From assembly GCA_012813795.1 (NCBI GenBank), contig GCA_012813795.1_4087.1: a stretch of 64,000 bases of DNA, one strand, 5' to 3'. The DNA comes from a phage. Within the stretch, counting starts at the first letter, position 1, and the number at the start of each line of letters is the position of its first letter. The notes under the pieces were generated by a model that saw only the letters and a list, made by a program, of their open reading frames with translations, was not told the DNA's origin and did not search any database. Of the stretch, positions 51,595-60,733 are shown piece after piece. The translations under genes were made by a program, and so were the position numbers.

Positions 51595-51613
51595 TTATTA
51601 TTCCTCATGTAAA

Positions 51614-51883
51614 TTAGTGAGTCCAATCTGATAGATGGTATAGTAGTGCGGTGAATAGGTCTTCTGTCATCTCCAACTGATTAAAGAGATAGTCAAAAGA
51701 ATTTACTTTATTGTCAATGCCCCTGGCTTTTGCATTCGCAGCAACCACAAGTAAGTGCTTAAATACATCGTGAGATACTTCATAAACATATTTGGTATTC
51801 TTCCTATCTTCAAACAAAAATCTATTATTCTTTGAAACAAGTTGAACATCCGAAAAGCTAAACTTATCATTATCTGTAATCAT
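51614..51883 (-). CDS. hypothetical protein (89 aa)
   Basis: ORF track. Confidence 0.5.
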   Translation of the reverse strand: MITDNDKFSFSDVQLVSKNNRFLFEDRKNTKYVYEVSHDVFKHLLVVAANAKARGIDNKVNSFDYLFNQLEMTEDLFTALLYHLSDWTH

Positions 51884-51896
51884 ATTATATAACCAA

Positions 51897-51926
51897 ATAA
51901 AAAGCCCAGAATATATATTCCGAGCT
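51897..51926 (-). terminator. rho-independent terminator
   Basis: GCTCGGAAT-ATAT-ATTCTGGGC (includes G-U pairs) followed by T5. Confidence 0.55.
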
Positions 51927-51937
51927 TACTTTTATAA

Positions 51938-52261
51938 TTAACGTCCAAATGTTTGTACTGAAGTACGTGGGTCTTCATCGGAAACCAAAGATACTGCGGC
52001 TGGGTAATCAACTAAGTTTAATTGAACACCATCAACCTCAATAGTTCTGGACCAGCGACCGTGGTCAATAAGAATCCATTGACCTTCTTTGATATCAGTT
52101 ATATCTTCACCAACTGAATAAACTTTAGCCCAACGACAACGAATACCACGAATTTTACCGTCATCATTTGTTAAAACAATTCCACCAGCAGTTTTTCGTT
52201 CGCCATGTTCTAAATCAGTAACCAGTACTTTTCCCTTACATGCTGTCATAACTTTAGACAT
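51938..52261 (-). CDS. GroES/Cpn10-like co-chaperonin (107 aa)
   Basis: KVLVTDLEHGERKTAGGIVLT and GEDITDIKEGQWILI follow the Cpn10 pattern. Confidence 0.6.
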   Translation of the reverse strand: MSKVMTACKGKVLVTDLEHGERKTAGGIVLTNDDGKIRGIRCRWAKVYSVGEDITDIKEGQWILIDHGRWSRTIEVDGVQLNLVDYPAAVSLVSDEDPRTSVQTFGR

Positions 52262-52266
52262 TTGTA

Positions 52267-52629
52267 TTACTCCTGATCTTTAGTTTTTGCTCTGCGTGGT
52301 GCTTTCTTCTCTTCAGGTGAAACTGAAGGATCAACTGTTTCTTCGTTTTGTACAACGACATGCTCAACTTCAAAGCTTGCATCATCCCAACCATCATCAG
52401 AATAATCAGTGCTTTGTGCCTGATGTTCTGGAATATAGTCAGGAATTTGCATTTCACGTTCTTTCTCTTGAAGTAGTTCTTCACGAGTTTTAATTACAGT
52501 TCCACCAGAACCAATTTTATCACCACGAGCATTTAGTTTAGCATTACCCAATGCAACCTGATGTTGGTTCTGATATTTTAGCATATCCATATCAATGATA
52601 GTGCCACGATAAGTAGTATGTTTTGACAT
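52267..52629 (-). CDS. hypothetical protein (120 aa), acidic C-terminal half
   Basis: ORF track; preferred over overlapping frame 52254..52484. Confidence 0.55.
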   Translation of the reverse strand: MSKHTTYRGTIIDMDMLKYQNQHQVALGNAKLNARGDKIGSGGTVIKTREELLQEKEREMQIPDYIPEHQAQSTDYSDDGWDDASFEVEHVVVQNEETVDPSVSPEEKKAPRRAKTKDQE

Positions 52630-52670
52630 ATAAAAATCCCTTTTCTAAGTGCTATAACGTCACAACAACC

Positions 52671-52700
52671 ATTATATCACATGTTTCGTTACCATTTCAG
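52671..52700 (-). promoter_or_regulatory. extended -10 promoter
   Basis: TGATATAAT with a weak -35. Confidence 0.4.
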
Positions 52701-53231
52701 AAATTCGTTCACATCGAGATCATACTTCAATGAGTCAACCATATGCAAACCAATCAGAAACAGACAATATGAGGCTACAGAACTACCACGCCCTAAGCCC
52801 CAGAAGATGTTGTGCTCTTCCATATAATCTACCAACCATATCATACAACGCAATAGCTTTGTCATATTATATTGTTCGTATAAATCAATTTCGTATTCCA
52901 CACGCTGTTTTGCTTCAGGTGTGGAACACTTTTGTAAAAAGAATTCTCTTAGATTGATATTGTCATACATTGGATCATAACGCCATAACTCATGATTACT
53001 ATCATGGTCAATTGTATAATCCAACATACGTTGCTCTAGTCCAAATTTTTTACAGTTATCGTTAAACTTCAAACGCTCTTGTTCATCTATATCTTGTAAT
53101 TGTAAGTACTGAATATCTGAACCACAATTCATAGCATAAACTACAGCATTTAAATTACATTTAACATCACCATTGGGACTTATATATCTGTTTCCTTGAA
53201 CTTTCATTTGTCTTTTTACTATCCTCTTCAT
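52689..53231 (-). CDS. stand-alone protein resembling a DnaE (Pol III alpha) segment (180 aa; start uncertain)
   Basis: FWGLGRGSSVASYCLFLIGLHMVDSLKYDLDVNEFLKW parallels DnaE GPGRGSAAGSLVAY.LGIT..DP..Y.LLFERFLN and ends before the catalytic Asp pair. Confidence 0.5.
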   Translation of the reverse strand: MKRIVKRQMKVQGNRYISPNGDVKCNLNAVVYAMNCGSDIQYLQLQDIDEQERLKFNDNCKKFGLEQRMLDYTIDHDSNHELWRYDPMYDNINLREFFLQKCSTPEAKQRVEYEIDLYEQYNMTKLLRCMIWLVDYMEEHNIFWGLGRGSSVASYCLFLIGLHMVDSLKYDLDVNEFLKW

Positions 53232-53475
53232 CTGATAGATAAGAATTCATATCAAAAATACATGGATCAGCTTCCTCGTATGTATCTTTCTCTTTTCTAC
53301 CTTGTCGTAAAGTCATTTCTTCATAGCACTGATTCAGTACTATCTGCATGTTACCAATGATAGAATCACTCATACCAGCGGCACGAGCGGAACTAATACG
53401 TAAACTTTGATCATTAATCTTTTGTTGGAGTTCTTTATCACTCATACCAGAAGGGTCATAAAATGGATTAAACAT
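53167..53475 (-). CDS. hypothetical protein (102 aa)
   Basis: ORF track; 65-nt overlap with the downstream ORF as drawn. Confidence 0.45.
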   Translation of the reverse strand: MFNPFYDPSGMSDKELQQKINDQSLRISSARAAGMSDSIIGNMQIVLNQCYEEMTLRQGRKEKDTYEEADPCIFDMNSYLSDEEDSKKTNESSRKQIYKSQW

Positions 53476-53487
53476 ATTTTTCTCCTA

Positions 53488-55875
53488 TTATATTATGTCA
53501 TTCTGTAAAGCAATTCTAAATGTATCATGTACATAACGTTCATGGTCCTGTGCAAAGTATCCAAATTCAACAGCAGTTACTTCGAATTCAGTACTAACCA
53601 TAGAACTATGCTCATTGTTTTGTAACAACATTTGGAAAAATGCTTCACCCTTACCAGGCAAACAGTATGCTACTGGAATGATAGGCATGAATTTCTTCTC
53701 AATACCATCTTCGATATATGGATGGTTCATGAAGCGTGGAACTGTGTCAATCATCTCATCACTTATGCCTGGTATAGCATCCACATATAGACCACGATTG
53801 ACTAAATCAGTTGGGTCTTTAACCAAGTTTGTTGTATCTTCACCAACAGCCTTATAGATGTTTTGGCGTAAACCAAACAACTCAGCAAGTAAACCATTAT
53901 CTACATTAGTGTAAATTCGAGGGTTGGTGGATACTACAACTTGTGTTCCTTCTGGATGAAGTTCTCTAAACACCAAATCATACAGAAGATTCCCTTTGTT
54001 GTCAAGTGCTGACATGATTTTATAATTACCAATAACCATCTTGAATTTACCATTGGGAATAGTAGCCCCTGATGGATCTATAATATTCTCACGGAGAACT
54101 TTTTTCAAATCACTTAAGTTGGTGTAATTATAGTTCTGATTTACAAAGTTTTCTTTCAATAGAATTCTAGGAACTTTCTGTAACCCATATCTATCATCAG
54201 ATTGACGATGGAATCCAAAATTAGCAAATGTTTGAGTACTGATGCATTTAAACCAATCACGCTCAAACTGTACCGATGGTACAATATGTGAACTCAAATG
54301 ATTTTGTCCCAACCCACGAACGATTTTTAATTTGAAATCACCAATAACACTACTACCCTCGGTGTCATACACTTCAACCTTGAAATTCAATTTTATATCA
54401 TCATTGGCACTAAAATCAGTACTTAATGCATATGCAGTTCCTACAAGATAACCGTCAGGGGTAAGGTCCAATCCATATTTAGTTATATCATCACCACCTG
54501 CCAATACACAAGATACTTGATTCTTACTATTAGTGAGTATTCGTGGGTATACCGTATGTCCGAAATATTCACCAACATGGATGGTTCCCAAGTCTGGATC
54601 GGTGATTATCTGTATAGATGAACCTTCTGCGGCGTTTTCCAAAAATCGGAACATACGTTTCTCACCAATAATACCACTACCTAAAGATACGTCATAATAA
54701 CCTAAATCATTCCAATCTGAACTTTTGAATAATGGTTTTATCATACCTTCATCATATTCACCACTAATAACATATGGATAAACAACGTTATCCCTTAACT
54801 GGTATAAATGGTTAGGTTTGGGTTTTTCATCAGTTGCAGCAATAGTAGATACATCATTTGGACATACCCACATTTGATATGCTTTGAAACGTTGGTCGAT
54901 TGCAAAACGTTCAGCGAGTGTAATGTATGTTTTAAGAATATCTACAATTTCAATCTTAAAGTAAACATCCGTTGGTTCGGATTCATGTAAGAATGTTTGT
55001 AAGAATTGCCCATTAGGGTTAAAGGAAAGACCACTTTTTGTTATCTTCCCAGTGTCATCAACTATGTTAACTTTAACTTCTTTATTAATTCCATCAACTG
55101 GAAATGCTAAATCATCAGGGCGTAGGTAAGCTGCTTTACCTGTAACGTGTCTTGTTGGTAAATCCTGTTCAGTTATATCCAGTAGGCGATACGCTGGAAA
55201 GAACACACGAGGACTAGTATCGGTCGCACTATCTACATTTGGCTGGTATGGACGTTTACGACCGAAGCCTTGAATGAACAAAGTACTGTCAGAACCATAT
55301 TCAATATCACCAATGCAATATAATCGATCGTCATCTGTGATAGTTAATCCAGGGGTTACCCATATTTCTTTACTATCAAAAGTTACTGTTGCTTTGTTTG
55401 CACGCAACAAACCAGATGGTGAAATGTTCCCAAAATGCATAACATTAACTGCCTGTAAATTGAAAACAACACTCTCAACGTTGTTAAATGTACCATCACG
55501 CTTACAATGCAACTTTAGATAATAAACATCTTCACTGATTATAGTACTTGGAAGATAAAAATTATTCTTTTGTATTCTACACTTATGTCTTCCATTTAAA
55601 AACTGGTTTCCAGTGGTTCCGTCCGATAGTGGGACTAAATTTCGTGGGTCATTACCAACAAATAATGAATAATGGTTTTCAGCGTTAAAAACATTACCAA
55701 CATTATCTAAACATTGTATAGTGAAAATCATCTCTAAGTATTCGTTTTCACTTAGTGTATAGCTATCACCTGTAGTTCCTTCTTTATTGATACTTAATCT
55801 AATAAGAATGTCAGATCCTTCTTGAATATATTGAGTATCAGCCTTTAAATCCCAATACGGGGTAAAAGATGCCAT
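53488..55875 (-). CDS. large hypothetical protein (795 aa), possibly a late/virion protein
   Basis: Long uninterrupted ORF; TATAAATA element 34 nt upstream; no motif I can name. Confidence 0.75.
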   Translation of the reverse strand: MASFTPYWDLKADTQYIQEGSDILIRLSINKEGTTGDSYTLSENEYLEMIFTIQCLDNVGNVFNAENHYSLFVGNDPRNLVPLSDGTTGNQFLNGRHKCRIQKNNFYLPSTIISEDVYYLKLHCKRDGTFNNVESVVFNLQAVNVMHFGNISPSGLLRANKATVTFDSKEIWVTPGLTITDDDRLYCIGDIEYGSDSTLFIQGFGRKRPYQPNVDSATDTSPRVFFPAYRLLDITEQDLPTRHVTGKAAYLRPDDLAFPVDGINKEVKVNIVDDTGKITKSGLSFNPNGQFLQTFLHESEPTDVYFKIEIVDILKTYITLAERFAIDQRFKAYQMWVCPNDVSTIAATDEKPKPNHLYQLRDNVVYPYVISGEYDEGMIKPLFKSSDWNDLGYYDVSLGSGIIGEKRMFRFLENAAEGSSIQIITDPDLGTIHVGEYFGHTVYPRILTNSKNQVSCVLAGGDDITKYGLDLTPDGYLVGTAYALSTDFSANDDIKLNFKVEVYDTEGSSVIGDFKLKIVRGLGQNHLSSHIVPSVQFERDWFKCISTQTFANFGFHRQSDDRYGLQKVPRILLKENFVNQNYNYTNLSDLKKVLRENIIDPSGATIPNGKFKMVIGNYKIMSALDNKGNLLYDLVFRELHPEGTQVVVSTNPRIYTNVDNGLLAELFGLRQNIYKAVGEDTTNLVKDPTDLVNRGLYVDAIPGISDEMIDTVPRFMNHPYIEDGIEKKFMPIIPVAYCLPGKGEAFFQMLLQNNEHSSMVSTEFEVTAVEFGYFAQDHERYVHDTFRIALQNDII

Positions 55876-55908
55876 TTTATTTCTCCATAGCTACTAATAT
55901 CTATAGAT

Positions 55909-55916
55909 TATTTATA
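55909..55916 (-). promoter_or_regulatory. T4-type late promoter element
   Basis: Exact TATAAATA on the minus strand, 34 nt upstream of the ATG at 55875. Confidence 0.4.
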
Positions 55917-55920
55917 TAAA

Positions 55921-55949
55921 GGAGGAAGGAAGACCCATAGGGTCTTCCA
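55921..55949 (-). terminator. terminator-like hairpin
   Basis: GGAAGACCC-TAT-GGGTCTTCC followed by a T-rich tract, after the topoisomerase gene. Confidence 0.45.
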
Positions 55950-55956
55950 TTATATA

Positions 55957-57369
55957 TTAATCTTCAGACTTAGGTGTAAAGTCCATTTTTAGTAATTCTT
56001 GTAGTTCTTCTTTATAGATATTCCAGATTTTATCTTGGTTATTAAGTAAATCATTATAACTATCCATTAGATCTAGATTATCTTGAATGTCTTTCAGTAC
56101 TACATCGTAATTATCTTTCGTCCAGCGATAAGATGGGAAGTTTACAATACTCTGGATATTCTCAGATGTAGCTTCGATTTCAGTATTAAGCGAAGTTACA
56201 AATTCAACCATTTCAGCACGGTTTGCAAAGCCTTTTACTTTACCAATCATGTCATTATCAAAACACTCTTTGATGAGAATCTTATAACGAACTTCGGCTG
56301 CACAGTCTTCCAGTTTCTTCTCATATCGCTTCACATAGTATTTGAAACGGAAATTTACGAAATCTTTAATCAGGTCAAGTGTACTGTCATATACACGAAC
56401 TTTACCATTTTCACCAAGAACAGTTAACAATTGAGTCATTTTCTTATTCAATCCAAAATACTCAATTACATCAGCTTCGGTCCATTTTTGAGAAATTCCG
56501 CGTGGTAGTTTGATCGTGATATCAATAACATCAGTACTATCATTATCGTAATCACGAATATCACCATCATCACTCATCTTGATTAGTTTTTCGATAAACT
56601 TTTCAATACTATAATTGGGTGGAAGACCTGTCACTTTAACAGTACTTGCGTCAATTACCTGTGCTTTACCATAAAATTCATATTTGTTTTCGTCTAGTTT
56701 AGTTACTATATCACTAGCACCAACCGATGCATAATATGGTGTCATTTCTTTAAGGGGTTTCCCTTCAATTGCACGAATACAGTTCTTTATTACATCCTCA
56801 ATCTTATGTGGAAGAATTGTACTCTTATACCCTACTGACATACTATCATTACCAAACAATGCTAATGGGATGATAGGTAGGAAGTGTACTGGTTCCATTG
56901 TAGTACCATCATAGTTCTCTTTCATTGGAATTATATCCATATCACGTAGAACTAATGCTTCAGTCGTTTTTGTCTTTTTGACGTAGGTATAACGAGCAGA
57001 TGCCGGAGTACTGTTAACTTGTGTCCCGAAACCACCACGCTTACCAATCAGTGGGTAGTTGTTAGCAACTGGACTAGCTAGGTTTTGTAATGTTCCTGAT
57101 GCAGATGTGTCACCATGAACGTAAATCCCATCACTGATCATACGACCTGCACATGAAACAGTTTTAATCTCCCCACTGATTTTGGATAATGTGAAGATTG
57201 CTTTACGTTGAGAACTCTTGAGTCCGTCAATCCCTGGGATAGCACGGTCAAGTGTGTACATTGAGTATTCTAATGATGTAGTATTGACATAATCTGAACT
57301 TTTATAATCAAGTAAAGTTAGAGTTAATTCATCAACATTTGTATTAGTGTTTTTCTTACTTTTAGCCAT
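55957..57369 (-). CDS. type II DNA topoisomerase, DNA-cleavage subunit (GyrA/ParC N-terminal-like; T4 gp52-type), 470 aa
   Basis: LDRAIPGIDGLKSSQRKAIFT; active-site Tyr context PASARYTYVK. Confidence 0.85.
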   Translation of the reverse strand: MAKSKKNTNTNVDELTLTLLDYKSSDYVNTTSLEYSMYTLDRAIPGIDGLKSSQRKAIFTLSKISGEIKTVSCAGRMISDGIYVHGDTSASGTLQNLASPVANNYPLIGKRGGFGTQVNSTPASARYTYVKKTKTTEALVLRDMDIIPMKENYDGTTMEPVHFLPIIPLALFGNDSMSVGYKSTILPHKIEDVIKNCIRAIEGKPLKEMTPYYASVGASDIVTKLDENKYEFYGKAQVIDASTVKVTGLPPNYSIEKFIEKLIKMSDDGDIRDYDNDSTDVIDITIKLPRGISQKWTEADVIEYFGLNKKMTQLLTVLGENGKVRVYDSTLDLIKDFVNFRFKYYVKRYEKKLEDCAAEVRYKILIKECFDNDMIGKVKGFANRAEMVEFVTSLNTEIEATSENIQSIVNFPSYRWTKDNYDVVLKDIQDNLDLMDSYNDLLNNQDKIWNIYKEELQELLKMDFTPKSED

Positions 57370-57417
57370 TCCATTGTCTCTTTGTTAAGCGGGGAACACC
57401 ATGTCCCCCTTATTACA

Positions 57418-59382
57418 TTATTCCATCCAGTTTTTACGATCATCAGCACGTTTCTTGTTGAAAATCAAATCTAATGTTTCACCAAGACGACCGTCATCAG
57501 TAATTGCTACTGCAACACTATTCGTAAATGCATCGCGGAAGTTACTTTTTTCGAGTGTTCCTAAACCTTTCGCACGAGTTGCTTTCCACCCTTTCCAATC
57601 TTCAGGAATATATTCATGGACGTTATGACCATAAAAATACTTAGATTCCTTACCTTTCTCCAAGATAATAAATGGAGTTTTGAATACGTATACAAACGGA
57701 TTATCAGGATCTTGGAATAATTCGGGCCAGAATTTGTACAAGAAGTTACAAACTAGTGCACCAATGTTCTTACCATCCTCATCTTCGTCCGCACAGATAT
57801 ATAGCTTACCGTAATTCAAATCAGCACGGTCAGCTTTAACTCCAGGGACCAAGTTGATGCTTGCCATTATATCATGCAATGCCATAGAATCCATTAATTC
57901 TTTGGTTTTCTCATTCCCACTAACGTTCATAATCTTACCACGCAATGGGAGGATACCATGAATACTAGGAATACGAGCACTTGCCATGTTGGAAATAGCA
58001 GAGTCACCTTCCGCAACCAATAGAATACATTGTGAACGGTCAGTTCCAGTACTATCAAGTAGTTTTGCAACTTTACCTTTCAAAAGTTTCTTGGCAAGGC
58101 GACGGTCTTCTTCTGCGTCTTTCTTATTAGTACGGGCAGCACAACGTTCAAAAATCTCATCAACCCATTCTTTATTTTTCTTGACCAATTCATCAAACCA
58201 GTCAGTACTCATAGCTTGCTGAATAGGACGAATTACATTTTCATTAGTCAACTTAGATTTAATCTGTGAGTTGAATGATGGTGCTTTCATTGTAGTTACA
58301 TTGTAAATCAACAAACCTTCTTCAATATCAGAACGGTTTGGTTTCATCTTACGCTTCTTCGCTTCTTTCTCTAATGCAGTTCCTACCCCTAAAGAGAAGA
58401 ATTTCTTGAAGGTATCTAGATGTGTACCACCATCAAATGCTGGAGCATTATTCACAAGACCATGCATATGGAAGTTTGTGTTCATACCAGATACAGCATT
58501 AGGTACAATATAAAACGTACTATTGAAATTGAATGATTCATCTTTAACATTCAATGACATTAGTTTTGAAGCATTAAAGAGTGCCTTTTCTGTGCTTCCT
58601 TTAATTGCAATACGTTTACCATTCAAGAAGATTTTGTATGTTGGGTTCGCTGCTGCCATTTCTTTTAGAATACTATAAAGTAATTCAGTTGGTAGCTTGC
58701 GATTAGGAAATACTTCTTTACTTAGGGTAAAGCGAATAGTTGTACCAGTTTTATCGGATTGTACTTTTCGAATAGTTGGTTCATGTACATGAAGTTCAGG
58801 GAACATAATTGTACCTTCTTCAAACTTCTGTGTATATTTGTACATACCATCATAACCGTCATTACTGGATTGCGTTTTATATGGACGTCCGGTTCGGTGA
58901 ATTTCAAGTTCTGCTTTAGAGCTAACAATCATAGCCACAGAACCACCTAGACCGTTTTGACCGATTGTTTCATCACGCTTAGAATCATCAAAGTTACGAC
59001 CAGTTTTAGTTTCAGTCATTACCATCGTACAGAGGTTTTTCTCATACTCTGGGACATAATCAATCGGAATACCACGACCATTATCACTGATTTCGAAGGA
59101 AAGGTCTTCTTCATTGAAATCAACTTTCAGTACTGGTTCTTTCGTACCAGCTTTTTTGAATTCATCAAGACTGTTATCAATAATTTCACGAGTTGCAGTA
59201 AGAATTGCAGGAACCCATTCCATATTTTTTACAGCATAATCATTTTCACCAAAAATCAGTACTTGACTTTCGTGAATAGAACGAGAACCAAGATACATCT
59301 CAGTACGTAGACGAGCATGTTGATAATCGTTTAGACGTTGAACGTCATGTTCTTGTAGAACAGCACTTTCTTTCTTAGCCAT
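57418..59382 (-). CDS. type II DNA topoisomerase, ATPase/Toprim subunit (GyrB-like; T4 gp39+60-type), 654 aa
   Basis: REIIDNSLDE, SDNGRGIP, QNGLGGS, Toprim LLVAEGDSA and ICADEDEDGKNI. Confidence 0.9.
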   Translation of the reverse strand: MAKKESAVLQEHDVQRLNDYQHARLRTEMYLGSRSIHESQVLIFGENDYAVKNMEWVPAILTATREIIDNSLDEFKKAGTKEPVLKVDFNEEDLSFEISDNGRGIPIDYVPEYEKNLCTMVMTETKTGRNFDDSKRDETIGQNGLGGSVAMIVSSKAELEIHRTGRPYKTQSSNDGYDGMYKYTQKFEEGTIMFPELHVHEPTIRKVQSDKTGTTIRFTLSKEVFPNRKLPTELLYSILKEMAAANPTYKIFLNGKRIAIKGSTEKALFNASKLMSLNVKDESFNFNSTFYIVPNAVSGMNTNFHMHGLVNNAPAFDGGTHLDTFKKFFSLGVGTALEKEAKKRKMKPNRSDIEEGLLIYNVTTMKAPSFNSQIKSKLTNENVIRPIQQAMSTDWFDELVKKNKEWVDEIFERCAARTNKKDAEEDRRLAKKLLKGKVAKLLDSTGTDRSQCILLVAEGDSAISNMASARIPSIHGILPLRGKIMNVSGNEKTKELMDSMALHDIMASINLVPGVKADRADLNYGKLYICADEDEDGKNIGALVCNFLYKFWPELFQDPDNPFVYVFKTPFIILEKGKESKYFYGHNVHEYIPEDWKGWKATRAKGLGTLEKSNFRDAFTNSVAVAITDDGRLGETLDLIFNKKRADDRKNWME

Positions 59383-59416
59383 TTTAATTCCTTTTAGTGT
59401 CTCTGTGTCTTGTGAT

Positions 59417-59446
59417 ATTGTATCACGAAAAGTTTATTTGTCTCAA
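59417..59446 (-). promoter_or_regulatory. sigma-70-type promoter with extended -10
   Basis: TTGAGA-N18-TACAAT preceded by TGA. Confidence 0.45.
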
Positions 59447-59482
59447 AAAGAATTCGGAGAGCATAAAGCCCCCCGAATATAA

Positions 59483-59869
59483 TTACAAAAGAAGTAATCC
59501 AAAAATGATAACATAATGGGTAAAATGATGAATCATTTGATCATACCCTAACCACCACCAAAATTCAGCATCTTGTGGTGTGTGTTGTTTAGAGCCAACA
59601 ACTTTAACTCGGTCCATTACAAAATGAACAACTGCATCAATTGCAAGAAGCATGAAAAACACCTTCCACGTTGTTCCAATATAACAAGCAAAAATTGCAA
59701 TAATTATTGCAGTTCCTAATACATGAACAGCAACGTGTGCTGCCAATGGTAGAAACCACCCATGCTCTTTAAATTTACCAAGCATGTATTTGCCTTGGAA
59801 TATATAATCACACAGAAAATGTTTTATTTGAAATAATGCCAATAGCCCAAAAACTAAAAGTATACTCAT
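59483..59869 (-). CDS. four-TM membrane protein, DUF3307-like (128 aa)
   Basis: IKHFLCDYIFQG motif, His-rich TM helices. Confidence 0.45.
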   Translation of the reverse strand: MSILLVFGLLALFQIKHFLCDYIFQGKYMLGKFKEHGWFLPLAAHVAVHVLGTAIIIAIFACYIGTTWKVFFMLLAIDAVVHFVMDRVKVVGSKQHTPQDAEFWWWLGYDQMIHHFTHYVIIFGLLLL

Positions 59870-59878
59870 ATAGTATCC

Positions 59879-60733
59879 TTATTTAACAAGGAGTAATTGT
59901 AACTCAGCACTTGGGCTTGTCTCATCATCACTCCAATATTTGTGAACTTTTTCTGGTGTTGCCTTTGCTAAAACTTCACCACCACCAACAATGTACACTT
60001 GATGTGATCCAATTAGTCTAGTCCAAAATTTAATTGCATCATCAGTGTGTAAACTATCACTAAGTATAGCGTAGCCGTGCTTTAGCATATCCATAAAGAT
60101 AGTGTAAATGATACCTTTTGTGCCTGTTTTAGATGCAGTTGCTGCGATTTCGAAAACATTCTGAACACCTAGTACTGCATCATTAGAAGTATAACCACTA
60201 ACAATAGCTAGTTGTTTACCGCTCTTATCATATGCGATAAAACCAGTACCATTCTTATTCTGATAAACGTCATAATCATTGTGCTTAGCAAAGATTACCA
60301 TGTTATGCTTACCTGTCATTTCTGCTGTCTTATCTACAAACTCATCACGGTCTTGGCCCTGAAAACTATCAAAGCGTTGTGGCATTTCTTCCAACTTCTC
60401 AGTATTTTCATAGAAGTGATGTTCTTTATTTTGACAACACTGTTCACACTCACAATCATCTGCGTGTACATCCATTGTATCATCAATTTCAGGATTGTCC
60501 TGTGCAATTTCTGCATCTTGAATGATATCCACCCAACCTTTCATTGAAGATTCAGTAGTTTTCTTTTTAACGTGTTGGGGCAACTTCGCCCCCTTTTTAA
60601 GATTTCCAGCTTTTTCATCAGCATGATTCCATTCCTTAGCAGTATCTGTTGATACACCATGTGATTTTGCAATCTCTGGGTCATGTGCCATAGCAGCAAA
60701 TAGTCTTGCTTGACTCTTAGATTTAGATGGCAT
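59879..60733 (-). CDS. hypothetical protein with DUF3008-like N-terminus (284 aa)
   Basis: MPSKSKSQARLFAAMAH N-terminal motif. Confidence 0.5.
   Translation of the reverse strand: MPSKSKSQARLFAAMAHDPEIAKSHGVSTDTAKEWNHADEKAGNLKKGAKLPQHVKKKTTESSMKGWVDIIQDAEIAQDNPEIDDTMDVHADDCECEQCCQNKEHHFYENTEKLEEMPQRFDSFQGQDRDEFVDKTAEMTGKHNMVIFAKHNDYDVYQNKNGTGFIAYDKSGKQLAIVSGYTSNDAVLGVQNVFEIAATASKTGTKGIIYTIFMDMLKHGYAILSDSLHTDDAIKFWTRLIGSHQVYIVGGGEVLAKATPEKVHKYWSDDETSPSAELQLLLVK

Noticed and set aside
52254-52484. Track ORF 52254..52484 (76 aa, very basic), overlapping 52267..52629.
   Set aside because: It is an out-of-frame overlap with a longer ORF that has a sensible start context. Its composition (K, R and L-rich) is typical of a shadow frame.
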